From the NCBI GenBank assembly GCA_037138475.1, contig JBAXII010000008.1, positions 8 through 64,007 on the forward strand: DNA of 64,000 nucleotides, in the 5' to 3' direction. The stretch is from a bacterium. Its GTDB lineage: Bacteria > Patescibacteriota > Microgenomatia > UBA1406 > GWC2-37-13. Positions 43,071 through 51,566 of this stretch are shown piece after piece (the stretch's first letter is position 1; each line of letters starts with the position of its first letter). The notes beneath the pieces were generated by a model that worked only from the letters and a program-made list of their open reading frames with translations, had not been told where the DNA came from and did no database searches. A program made the position numbers and the translations under genes.

Positions 43071-44609
43071 TTAGATTCGTGTCGTCGCACTGGTGCGCGT
43101 TTCGCGGATGATAGTGACGGTGATCTGTCCGGGGAATACTTCAAATTGCTTCTCAAGGTCAGCACGGATCTCTTGGGCCATGATGGTAGCCTCAGCATCG
43201 GTCACCTCATCAGGTTTGACGATGACACGGAGCTCGCGGCCAGCCTGGAGTGCGTATGCTTCACGAATACCTTTTTTATCCTTTGCGGCTTTTTCGATGG
43301 TTTCCATACGCTGTGCGTACTGCTGGACATCCTCGTGTCTCGCACCTGGTCGTCCTCCTGACACTGCGTCAGAGATGTATACGATGACCGCCTCAATAGA
43401 TTTGAATGGCACATCTTCATGGTGAGATGCGACTGTGTCGATGACTGCTTGTGGGAATCGATATTTGGTCAATAGTTCAACGCCGAGATCTATATGATTT
43501 CCTTCCTTATCAGCAATGACCTTGCCGATGTCGTGGAATAGACAGCCAAGTCTCACGGTGTTTACATCACACTTGAGCTCTTGGGCGAGTGCGATGCCGA
43601 TCTTTGTCTCCTCCATCGTATGAAGGATCATGTTTTGTCCATAGGAGAATCGGTATTTGAATCTACCAAGTAGTTTCATCAGATCGATGGGCAGATTAAA
43701 TACTCCACACTTGTGACACAGCTCCTCGCCAGCTTTTGTCATCTCTTTTTCTATCTCACTGCGCGTCTTGTGTACGATCTCTTCGATACGAGCAGGTTGA
43801 ATGCGGCCATCTTGGATCAATCGTTCAAGGGAAATCCGCGCGATCTCGCGTCGGACAGAATCAAAACTAGAGAGCTTCATCACTCCCTCCTCGTCGAGAT
43901 TTACGTCCACGCCGGTGGCGAGCTCAAAAGCGCGGATGTTGCGTCCGTCTTTGCCGATAATGCGCCCCTTGTAGTCCTCACTAGGGAGGTGAACTACTGA
44001 GAGTGTGTACTCAGTGACGTAGTCAACAGCTCCAAATCGCATAGAGTCGACGAGAATTTGCTTTGCTTTTTCTTGTGCCTTCTCCTTGAACTCGGTTTCA
44101 AATGTGGTGTAGCGCTTTGCGACATCCTCGCTCATGCGATCTTCAACACCTTTTATGATCATTTCACGAGCCTGTTCTTTTGAAAGCGCAGCAATGTGCT
44201 CGAGCTTTGTGAGTAATGACTCCTTTGTCTCATCAAGCTCTTTTTTTGTGGTAACGAGTGTGGCTTTTTCGGCAACAACGAGCTTCTTTTCTGTTTCAGT
44301 AAGTTGACGCTCTTTGGCGATCTCGGCCTTTTCCTGTCCAAACTGGGAGCGCGCCTTATTTAGCTCCTTTTCAGCATTGAGTGCATCGGCGGTGATTCGA
44401 CGACTGTCTTGCTCTGCGGCTTGTCTGACTTTGACCGCATCTTCTTGGGCTTTGAGTACGATCTCGCGAGCTTTCTGTCGCGCTTCATCGGTGATTTTGG
44501 TAAGTGCTTCTTGAGGGAGAAAAAGCTTCTGTAAAAATTGGAACATAGGTGGACGGTGACTCACGGAGTATACGAGCGTAGCTGACCACATCAAACACGA
44601 CAGCCTCAA
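43071..44609 (-). CDS. rny: Ribonuclease Y
   Basis: KH domain GRIIGKDGRNIRAFE, HD domain LFHDIGK...SHHE. Start is uncertain (TTG 44609 or ATG 44546), and no obvious N-terminal TM helix. Confidence 0.85.
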   Translation of the reverse strand: MRLSCLMWSATLVYSVSHRPPMFQFLQKLFLPQEALTKITDEARQKAREIVLKAQEDAVKVRQAAEQDSRRITADALNAEKELNKARSQFGQEKAEIAKERQLTETEKKLVVAEKATLVTTKKELDETKESLLTKLEHIAALSKEQAREMIIKGVEDRMSEDVAKRYTTFETEFKEKAQEKAKQILVDSMRFGAVDYVTEYTLSVVHLPSEDYKGRIIGKDGRNIRAFELATGVDVNLDEEGVMKLSSFDSVRREIARISLERLIQDGRIQPARIEEIVHKTRSEIEKEMTKAGEELCHKCGVFNLPIDLMKLLGRFKYRFSYGQNMILHTMEETKIGIALAQELKCDVNTVRLGCLFHDIGKVIADKEGNHIDLGVELLTKYRFPQAVIDTVASHHEDVPFKSIEAVIVYISDAVSGGRPGARHEDVQQYAQRMETIEKAAKDKKGIREAYALQAGRELRVIVKPDEVTDAEATIMAQEIRADLEKQFEVFPGQITVTIIRETRTSATTRI

Positions 44610-44811
44610 AAATCAATGCAGGTGAGGTAGGAACAAGGCTGTTTTTGGGTGTTTTTTGAACATATCTAACGTGATGTGCCAACTAAAGTGCTCTAAATCT
44701 GTCACCTTCGGAGCGAAAACGCCCGATATACTATGTGAAAATAGTAATCGTTGGTTTATTGTACCAAGCAAGACCCTATTTGCAATGACACATCCTATGC
44801 GCACACAACAA

Positions 44812-45627
44812 ATGAAGGTGGTCGCCCACTCACAAATTGCACCTGGGATACGCGAAATCCGCCTGGATTGTGAGGAGAATTTTGTATTTCAGGCTGGTCA
44901 GTATGTACTCGTGCATATCGGCGGCACGGTTGACCCTACACTCAAAAAACCCTACCCTCGCGCCTATTCTATTGCCTCATTTGAGGGTGAAATCACCTCA
45001 GATGGATCTGTATCCGCGAATCAAATCACGCTCATATATAAAGATACGGGCGGAGTGGCTACTAGCTATCTTTCTCATTGTGTGGTGGGTGACATGGTGA
45101 CTATACAGGGTCCCGCGGGATACTACACCACTACACGACACAGTGATCAAAACCACGTGCCCCTCGTGTTTTGCGCTACAGGCACCGGCATCGCACCTAT
45201 CCACTGCATCCTCAAGTCACTCTCTATTTTAAATTCTCCATTTCCCATTGTTAATTCTCAATTATCAACTATCAATTATCAATTTCAGCTCCCTCCCACC
45301 ATACATCTCTTTTGGGGCCTGAGAACACTATCAGATTTGTATCTGGTCTCCTCGTTTGGGGAAATTGTTGAAAGTTTATTGCAAAAAGGAGTGCGCGTGG
45401 AGTGCTCGCTGTGTGTGTCTCAAGAAAAGGTAGCGGCGGGTACAACTTATGAACAATGGAATGTGTTTGGGTCGCGGGTACAACCTGTCCTAATTGAAAA
45501 AATCGGCACTAGTGCCAATACGTTGTTTAGTTTGTGTGGATCTGGAGAAATGGTCACACAAACTCGCCAACTGCTCCTCGCAAATGGGGTGAATCCAAAA
45601 CAGATCTTGTTTGAGCGATATTCATAG
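44812..45627 (+). CDS. Ferredoxin-NADP reductase-like FAD/NAD(P)-binding oxidoreductase
   Basis: RAYSIAS (RxYS), GGVATSYL, ATGTGIAP, LCGSGEMV. Start is ambiguous (ATG 44785, 44797 or 44812). Confidence 0.7.
   Translation: MKVVAHSQIAPGIREIRLDCEENFVFQAGQYVLVHIGGTVDPTLKKPYPRAYSIASFEGEITSDGSVSANQITLIYKDTGGVATSYLSHCVVGDMVTIQGPAGYYTTTRHSDQNHVPLVFCATGTGIAPIHCILKSLSILNSPFPIVNSQLSTINYQFQLPPTIHLFWGLRTLSDLYLVSSFGEIVESLLQKGVRVECSLCVSQEKVAAGTTYEQWNVFGSRVQPVLIEKIGTSANTLFSLCGSGEMVTQTRQLLLANGVNPKQILFERYS
45250..45284 (+). repeat. Heptamer array inside the CDS (gttaatt ctcaatt atcaact atcaatt atcaatt)
   Basis: Five phased 7-mers, consensus ATCAATT, translated in frame as ..VNSQLSTINYQF.. Confidence 0.8.
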
Positions 45628-45662
45628 TCATCTAGTAGATGCATCAAAATCCCTTTTTGTCT

Positions 45663-45688
45663 GTCATCCCGGGCTTGACCCGGGATCC
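45663..45688 (+). repeat. REP-like hairpin element, copy G (gtcatcccgggcttgacccgggatcc)
   Basis: Same frame, with stem atcccggg/cccgggat and a 6-nt loop. Confidence 0.75.
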
Positions 45689-45707
45689 ATGGCATGGGTT
45701 GCCTCTA

Positions 45708-45749
45708 CACCCCCATCCTGTCCCGTCTTGGTGGAACAGGATCACCCCC
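45708..45749. repeat. Mini hairpin element atcctgt-N14-acaggat flanked by the 7-nt direct repeat caccccc
   Basis: caccccc occurs at 45708-45714 and 45743-45749. The inverted repeat arms are 45715-45721 and 45736-45742. Confidence 0.7.
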
Positions 45750-45763
45750 TCGTTGCTGAACGC

Positions 45764-45791
45764 GGCTCCGCCCGTAGGGTTACGCCCGGAG
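45764..45791 (+). repeat. 28-nt GC-rich hairpin element (ggctccgcccgtagggttacgcccggag), same family as 32047-32078
   Basis: Aligns to the reverse complement of the tRNA-Pro-fragment insert. Confidence 0.75.
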
Positions 45792-45892
45792 GGAGGAGTA
45801 ATAACGGAGCCGAATTGAGGGAATTCCTTATTACTGGTTCAAATGAAAACGCTTTCTCGTGCTGGCGGTGTGGAATGAAGATTGCGCCAATC

Positions 45893-46675
45893 TCAAAATC
45901 TCGTTACAAAGAACTCCGCAGGGATTTGTGGGTATGGTTGATACACCTGGACAGTTTTTTGCGATCCGCTTGTGGTGCGTGCAGTAGCAGAAACCAGAAT
46001 ACTTTGAGTTGGTATTGCTTGGTTCACCCCGATCTTGGTCGCTCCAAAAAGTGAACGGACAATGAGCATTTTTGTGTTTGGTGGAACCGTATATTTTGTA
46101 GATTTTGTAAAGTTGGTTTTGTTTATTTCTTGTGTGACAGACTTCACTTCTAGCCCCGTTAATTCTGTGTTTGCTACCTCATTCTTGCTGTTGGTACAAG
46201 GTTTTTTTGTTACTGTTCTTTTGAGGGTGGTTGGTGAGCCGGCGACAACTGCAGTGAGTTCCAAAACCGGGCAGGTTCCCTCAGAATCAAAATAGACTGT
46301 AAGATCTCCTGTAAAATACTTTGTGCCAAACTTGTTTGTCTTGAGATCATAATCGGTCATATATATGCTGTACTGGCCATCTTTGGGCACCACATCTGTG
46401 GTAGAAAATGAATCTATAGACTGTTCTACAGAAGTCGTTGTGTTTTTACTAAGATTCTTAATGTCTGCTCCCGCAGACACTCCACTTAGTGCCTGGGCGA
46501 GGATGCCCTCTGCGGCCTGAAATGCGGTCTTGCTGTCTTGGGCGTTCGCAGTTACTCGTGTTTGACTCTGTCCACGAAAAGCTATGGACGCTCCAATGGT
46601 CGCCAGTGTGGCCATCAACATAACTACCAGGAGAAGGGTTTGTCCAGATTGGAAGGATGACTTTTGTGATATCAC
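45893..46675 (-). CDS. PilX-N-like pseudopilin / pilus-associated protein
   Basis: N-terminus SGQTLLLVVMLMATLATIGASIAF resembles PilX_N-type hydrophobic leaders. The remainder is Thr/Ser-rich and beta-like. Confidence 0.4.
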   Translation of the reverse strand: MISQKSSFQSGQTLLLVVMLMATLATIGASIAFRGQSQTRVTANAQDSKTAFQAAEGILAQALSGVSAGADIKNLSKNTTTSVEQSIDSFSTTDVVPKDGQYSIYMTDYDLKTNKFGTKYFTGDLTVYFDSEGTCPVLELTAVVAGSPTTLKRTVTKKPCTNSKNEVANTELTGLEVKSVTQEINKTNFTKSTKYTVPPNTKMLIVRSLFGATKIGVNQAIPTQSILVSATARTTSGSQKTVQVYQPYPQIPAEFFVTRF

Positions 46676-46720
46676 AAGATTAGTGTACTGGTTTGTAATC
46701 TGTTTGTGAAGGGGTTCATA

Positions 46721-47113
46721 TCATTTGTCGGCATACTCATGTGAGCGCGCAAGAAGTGTCGAGGGATCCATGTCGATTTTGGTACACACACCATCTATGC
46801 CATATCTGCGCATTTCATAATCTTTGAGCTGTTCGGTGGCTCCATCAATGAGCATGATTAGTTTTTTGGTCTTACCTCGGAGAGCAAGATTTTTTATAGA
46901 GTTTAGGGTGCTCCAGAAATCATTTTTGGTTATGAGTAGGTCTAGGTACATGATCTGGAAAGGCTTTTCAATATCCATGGCGCGAAGTGTATCCTCGCCC
47001 GTCTTGGTGGCTACCACCTCAAATCCATCGTTCTCGAGTATGGTCTGAAATGTCTCCCGTAGATTTTGGTCGTGTATCGCCACGAGGATGCTCATGCCAT
47101 TTTGGTAGTTCAT
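46721..47113 (-). CDS. Stand-alone response-regulator receiver-like domain (partly degenerate acidic pocket)
   Basis: CheY-like layout: ILVAIHDQN (first Asp of the DD pair is His), MYLDLLI (acceptor Asp kept), CTKI (Lys kept). Confidence 0.5.
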   Translation of the reverse strand: MNYQNGMSILVAIHDQNLRETFQTILENDGFEVVATKTGEDTLRAMDIEKPFQIMYLDLLITKNDFWSTLNSIKNLALRGKTKKLIMLIDGATEQLKDYEMRRYGIDGVCTKIDMDPSTLLARSHEYADK

Positions 47114-47314
47114 AGCACTGCAGTATAGTACAGAAAGAGTGAGTATTGAAAATGGTTGCGCACCTCCATTTTAATAGATGGGCCACTCCCACGTGTGAAT
47201 TTAGATCCTGGATTGTACTCGTCGATAAATTCACTGACTAATCCTATCCAGTCATTCTGATTCGCCGACTTAGCAGACTTGTCTGCAGAGGCGAAGAAGA
47301 ATCTCATGCATCTG

Positions 47315-47352
47315 GGATCTTTCGACTCCGCTTGCGCTTCGCTCAAGATGAC
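47315..47352 (-). repeat. Longer hairpin-repeat variant (ggatctttcgactccgcttgcgcttcgctcaagatgac)
   Basis: Shares the GTCATC...GATCC frame with copies A-G but has a 38-nt body. Lies 66 nt past the recA stop. Confidence 0.6.
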
Positions 47353-47417
47353 ACGTAGGGGAGATACACACAGTATCAGGCACCGCCCTGCCCAGAGGGA
47401 TGACTCGCTGTTGCTCG

Positions 47418-48413
47418 TCATTTCTTCATTTTCTCCCGCACCTCTTTGACGATTTGCTGTCTGAGTTTATCATCTGTCACCAATATCTCACGAAGTGTCT
47501 CTTTGCCCTGCGCAAGTGTTTTGTCGGCGAGCTTTATAAATGCTCCCGCTTTTGTCAATACACCAAGTGCTACCGCAGTATCAATAAGAGCCTCAAGACG
47601 ATCTATGCCACTGCTATTGATGGTAAACTCAGCCTCTTTGAAGGGTGGTGACACTTTGTTTTTGACGACCTTTACTCTGACACGAGAGCCAATGACTGCA
47701 TTATCTTTTTTGATGGTCTCGATCTTGCGCACATCCATGCGCACAGATGCATAAAACTTCATAGCAAGACCTCCGGGGGTTGTCTCTGGATTACCAAACA
47801 TGATGCCTATTTTGAGACGGAGTTGGTTGGTGAAAAGTATGGTGCATTTTGATTTACTCACGATCGCCGTCAACTTACGGAGCGCTTGTGACATAAGGCG
47901 CGCTTGCATGCCCATGACAGAGTCTCCCATCTCTCCCTCTATCTCGGCCTTTGGTGTCAACGCAGCGACAGAGTCAACCACAATGAGGTCAATACCTCCA
48001 GATCTGACCAGTGTCTCAACTATCTCGAGTGCTTGTTCGCCGGTGTCGGGTTGTGAGACGAGGAGATCTTCGAGCTTCACGCCAAGGGTGCCTGCCCAGG
48101 TGGGGTCAAGTGCGTGCTCAGCATCGATAAAGGCGGCTACTCCGCCACTTTTTTGCAGTTCAGCGATTATGGAAAGACATACAGTAGTTTTACCTGATGC
48201 TTCAGGACCATAAATCTCCACTATGCGTCCCTTGGGTATGCCCCCCACCCCGAGCGCGGCATCAAGCGGCATGATTCCGGTGGATATGACCTCCATCACC
48301 TCAGCAGGCGCATCGCCCAAGCGCATGATGGAGCCTTTGCCAAACTGTTTTTGAATTGCCTCAAGTGCAGAGGTAACCGCTTGTTGACGAGGATCTTTTG
48401 GGGGGGTAGTCAT
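47418..48413 (-). CDS. recA: Recombinase RecA
   Basis: [45 protein letters not shown]. Confidence 0.95.
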   Translation of the reverse strand: MTTPPKDPRQQAVTSALEAIQKQFGKGSIMRLGDAPAEVMEVISTGIMPLDAALGVGGIPKGRIVEIYGPEASGKTTVCLSIIAELQKSGGVAAFIDAEHALDPTWAGTLGVKLEDLLVSQPDTGEQALEIVETLVRSGGIDLIVVDSVAALTPKAEIEGEMGDSVMGMQARLMSQALRKLTAIVSKSKCTILFTNQLRLKIGIMFGNPETTPGGLAMKFYASVRMDVRKIETIKKDNAVIGSRVRVKVVKNKVSPPFKEAEFTINSSGIDRLEALIDTAVALGVLTKAGAFIKLADKTLAQGKETLREILVTDDKLRQQIVKEVREKMKK

Positions 48414-48422
48414 GGGAAGAAA

Positions 48423-48450
48423 ATGAATAATGAATAATGAATAATGAATA
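48423..48450. repeat. Heptamer tandem array (ATGAATA)x4 in the recA upstream region
   Basis: Read directly from the sequence. Begins 10 nt upstream of the recA ATG. Confidence 0.9.
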
Positions 48451-48495
48451 ATTAAAGATTAAGAGGGGATACCTGAATAACTGACAAAAGACAAT

Positions 48496-48523
48496 TATTC
48501 ATTGTTCATTCTTAATTATTAAT
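48496..48523. repeat. Degenerate inverted heptamer array (tattcat tgttcat tcttaat tattaat)
   Basis: Reverse-complement phase of the 48423-48450 array. Together they form an imperfect inverted repeat of about 33 nt. Confidence 0.7.
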
Positions 48524-48605
48524 TAAATTTATCTGCAGAGCAGTATGCAAAAAATAGGTCCCTAAAAGCAAGAGGTCAAAGTGGTACACCAAAAAAATCA
48601 CGTTT

Positions 48606-49535
48606 TCACAGGAGGTATATGATGGAGATTGTCATGATAGCCCAAACGATCATGGTGCCCGCAAGTGGGATATCGGTCACGATAAGTTTTTCTGGTCTCT
48701 CTCCTTGGACACGGGTGTAAAAGAGTTGTCCATAGCGAGCTATCGCATACACAACCACTGGTATGGTGGCGGTCATGAGCTTGCGGTTTTCAATACCTGG
48801 GATAATGGATGCTATAAAGGAGTTCGCCGCTGTACTGACTTGGGGGGTTTGCTCGATATAACTATACAGACAGTAGGCAATAATGGTTGCTGTTGCAAAG
48901 GTGTAGGTCAAAAAGTCGAGAAAGTGCTTGTTATATTTGGCAAGTGTGTCTCGCGCCTCAGCTCCCATGACCGCGAGTTCGGCATTGCGTTTGATCGAAG
49001 CGATAAAAAGTGAAAGGAAAAATATCGTAAGTCGGAGCCACACAGGGATGTGAAATCCAGTCACTACTTCTCCTGCATAGGCGCGAACCATAAATGAGAA
49101 AGATATGGCAAAGATATCTATCACTGCATATGATTTTAGAATCGTGGAGTAGGCGACGTTTAAACAAATAAACAAAAGACACAACAGAAAGAATGCAGGG
49201 GAAAAATACACTGCGGTCGTAAGCGCTCCGATAAATAACGCAATCGCTATGATAAAAGCAGCCCTCACTGATACCTCACCTGAGGCAATGGGGCGGGCTT
49301 TTTTGACTGGGTGTCTGCGATCTGAGGGAGCATCAAGTATGTCGTTTATGATGTATAGCCCAGAGGAGAGAAAGCAAAACACAATACAGGCGGTGAGAGT
49401 AGCAAGAAATGGCTCGATTTCAAATAACTTACCAGAGAAGATGATAGAAACAAAGATGACCGCATTTTTCATCCACTGATTTGTCCGCAGAAGTCTTGCG
49501 ATGACATTGAATGTGTACATGTCTGTTGGTTGCAT
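48606..49535 (-). CDS. UbiA-family prenyltransferase (decaprenyl-phosphate phosphoribosyltransferase-like)
   Basis: NDILDAPSDRRHPVKKARPIASGEVS motif and about 8 TM helices. Start trimmed to ATG 49535 to avoid overlapping divergent pgi. Confidence 0.8.
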   Translation of the reverse strand: MQPTDMYTFNVIARLLRTNQWMKNAVIFVSIIFSGKLFEIEPFLATLTACIVFCFLSSGLYIINDILDAPSDRRHPVKKARPIASGEVSVRAAFIIAIALFIGALTTAVYFSPAFFLLCLLFICLNVAYSTILKSYAVIDIFAISFSFMVRAYAGEVVTGFHIPVWLRLTIFFLSLFIASIKRNAELAVMGAEARDTLAKYNKHFLDFLTYTFATATIIAYCLYSYIEQTPQVSTAANSFIASIIPGIENRKLMTATIPVVVYAIARYGQLFYTRVQGERPEKLIVTDIPLAGTMIVWAIMTISIIYLL

Positions 49536-49566
49536 TATACAGGTCGTTTCGCTACTATGACTACAT

Positions 49567-50841
49567 ATGTCACACCTTGAGTTTTCTGCCTCAAAAAACA
49601 CTCTAAATGGTCAGCGCGCGTCTGCTCAGTATCTAGCTCAACTCCAAAGTCTGGCCCATCAACAGGCATACTCCGATCCAGCCTGCTCTATCAGTCTCCC
49701 CCACGATTCAACCCACCTCCATAATGCAAGGGTTCTGTGTGATTCGATTGTTGGTGAAGCAAAACTAAAGTACGTAGTAGTTGTGGGGATCGGAGGCTCA
49801 AACTTAGGTACTCAAGCTGTGTATGATGCGCTTCGTGGTCTCGCTGACTCCTACCCCACCTCTGATGATGCTCCTCGCTTGATTTGTTTGGACACTGTAC
49901 ACAGCGCTACACTCACCCATGTGAGACAACACCTACTCTCTCATACCTCCAGACCTGAAGAGGTGGTGATTTGTGTCATCAGTAAATCTGGAAACACGAC
50001 AGAAACCATCGCAAATGCAAATATTCTCATCACAGGACTCGAGCAACAGTATCCCTCGATATCCAGCAGAGTGGTCGCCATAACCGATCCAAATAGTCCA
50101 CTTGAAAAGATTGCGATTGAAAAAGGATTTCGAGTGTTGCATATGCCTCCGTTGGTGGGGGGGAGGTACAGTGTGTTTTCTGCTGTTGGCATCTTTCCCT
50201 TGATGTGTTTGGGGATTGACGTCAATGCTCTTTTGGCAGGTGCGCAGTATGCGATTGAGGATATGAAAAATGCTGATACTTCCATCTCAGTCGGTTGTGC
50301 CAATGATTTGTTGGGTGCGCTCAGTGGTGGGCTCGTCATCCATGATCTATTCCTCTTTGATCCACGGCTTGAAACTATGGGCAAATGGTACAGACAACTC
50401 TGCGCAGAGAGTTTGGGCAAGGATGGTAAGGGTATCCTCCCCACCGTGTCTATTGGATCCACAGATCTGCACTCGGTAGCCCAGCTCTATTTGGGAGGTC
50501 TCAACAATAGATTTACCTCATTTGTATGGGCAGATCAAGAACAAGATGAGGCGCTGGCGATACAACCTGGTATCGATCTGGTTACCAATATCGGAGGAAA
50601 AAAGATCGCTGATATTTATCATGCAATCTTCTCGGGAACTGTCGAGGCATATAAAAAAACAGAGAGGTTGTACAATACATTTCACTTTGATGCACTCAAT
50701 GAGTGGCACCTCGGTGCCTGGATGCAATCTCAGATGATCTGCACTATGTTGGTTGGTCACGCAATGGGCATCAACCCTTTTGACCAACCTCAGGTAGAGA
50801 TATATAAAAAGGCAACGCGTACAGTTCTCCAACAATCATGA
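49567..50841 (+). CDS. pgi: Glucose-6-phosphate isomerase (short bacterial/archaeal-type)
   Basis: VVVGIGGSNLGTQAVYDAL, ISKSGNTTET, GGRYSVFSAVG. Confidence 0.85.
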   Translation: MSHLEFSASKNTLNGQRASAQYLAQLQSLAHQQAYSDPACSISLPHDSTHLHNARVLCDSIVGEAKLKYVVVVGIGGSNLGTQAVYDALRGLADSYPTSDDAPRLICLDTVHSATLTHVRQHLLSHTSRPEEVVICVISKSGNTTETIANANILITGLEQQYPSISSRVVAITDPNSPLEKIAIEKGFRVLHMPPLVGGRYSVFSAVGIFPLMCLGIDVNALLAGAQYAIEDMKNADTSISVGCANDLLGALSGGLVIHDLFLFDPRLETMGKWYRQLCAESLGKDGKGILPTVSIGSTDLHSVAQLYLGGLNNRFTSFVWADQEQDEALAIQPGIDLVTNIGGKKIADIYHAIFSGTVEAYKKTERLYNTFHFDALNEWHLGAWMQSQMICTMLVGHAMGINPFDQPQVEIYKKATRTVLQQS

Positions 50842-51566
50842 ACCCCTCACCACTCTCTATCGTCACATACAATGTGCAGTTTAATAAGGCGCTTGAGGAT
50901 GTGGTGGAGATTGTGAAGCGACACTCACCAGATGTGGTTTGTCTCCAAGAGATCAATTTGGGGAAGCGAAATTTGTACGAACCACTCCTCCCAGGATATG
51001 CACTGGCTGCTACGTCAAACTCGTTTTATCGTATGGGCAAGACATTTGGACTCGCCACCTTTTACAAAACTAGCTCTCTCTATCAACGTGGTTCAAAAAG
51101 TGTTTTTTTGCCCCGGACATTTTATGAGATCCTCATTTCGATCCTCACTTGGAGAGGGCCTCGTACCGCACTGCGCACTGATTTCACCATAAAGGGAAGC
51201 GGAAAAAATCTCTCGATATACAACCTCCATCTCACAGCCTTGGTCGCGACAAACAAAGCCCGCAACAAGCAGCTTCAAGAAACTCTTGAGGATCTTGAGC
51301 TCTATACCAAAGAGTCTGCGGTGGTGTTGGGTGATTTTAACTATCCATTTCGTAAGCGCGGACTTGAGAAGATCATTCATTATCACGGACTCTTTGAGGC
51401 GACGGCAAGTGTGTTCTTTACATGGAAAATGAATATCTTGCGTTGGAAACTACGATGGAAATTTGACTATGTACTTTATAAAGATCTTGAGCTAGTTGAC
51501 TCTGTTAGACTCGATGATTTTAGGCGTTCTGACCACTTCCCTGTACTCACCACCTTCATGTCGTAG
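50838..51566 (+). CDS. Endonuclease/exonuclease/phosphatase (EEP) family protein
   Basis: LSIVTYNVQFN, VVCLQEI, LGDFNYP, SDHFPV. Confidence 0.75.
   Translation: MNPSPLSIVTYNVQFNKALEDVVEIVKRHSPDVVCLQEINLGKRNLYEPLLPGYALAATSNSFYRMGKTFGLATFYKTSSLYQRGSKSVFLPRTFYEILISILTWRGPRTALRTDFTIKGSGKNLSIYNLHLTALVATNKARNKQLQETLEDLELYTKESAVVLGDFNYPFRKRGLEKIIHYHGLFEATASVFFTWKMNILRWKLRWKFDYVLYKDLELVDSVRLDDFRRSDHFPVLTTFMS

Noticed and set aside
45611-46054. 147-aa ORF across the convergent intergenic region (also 47110-47421 and 35290-35544)
   Set aside because: All three are assembled from the hairpin repeat elements (..CHPGLDPGS.., ..VILSEAQAESKDP.., ..PFGSSRSRG..). They overlap real gene ends and have no independent coding signal.
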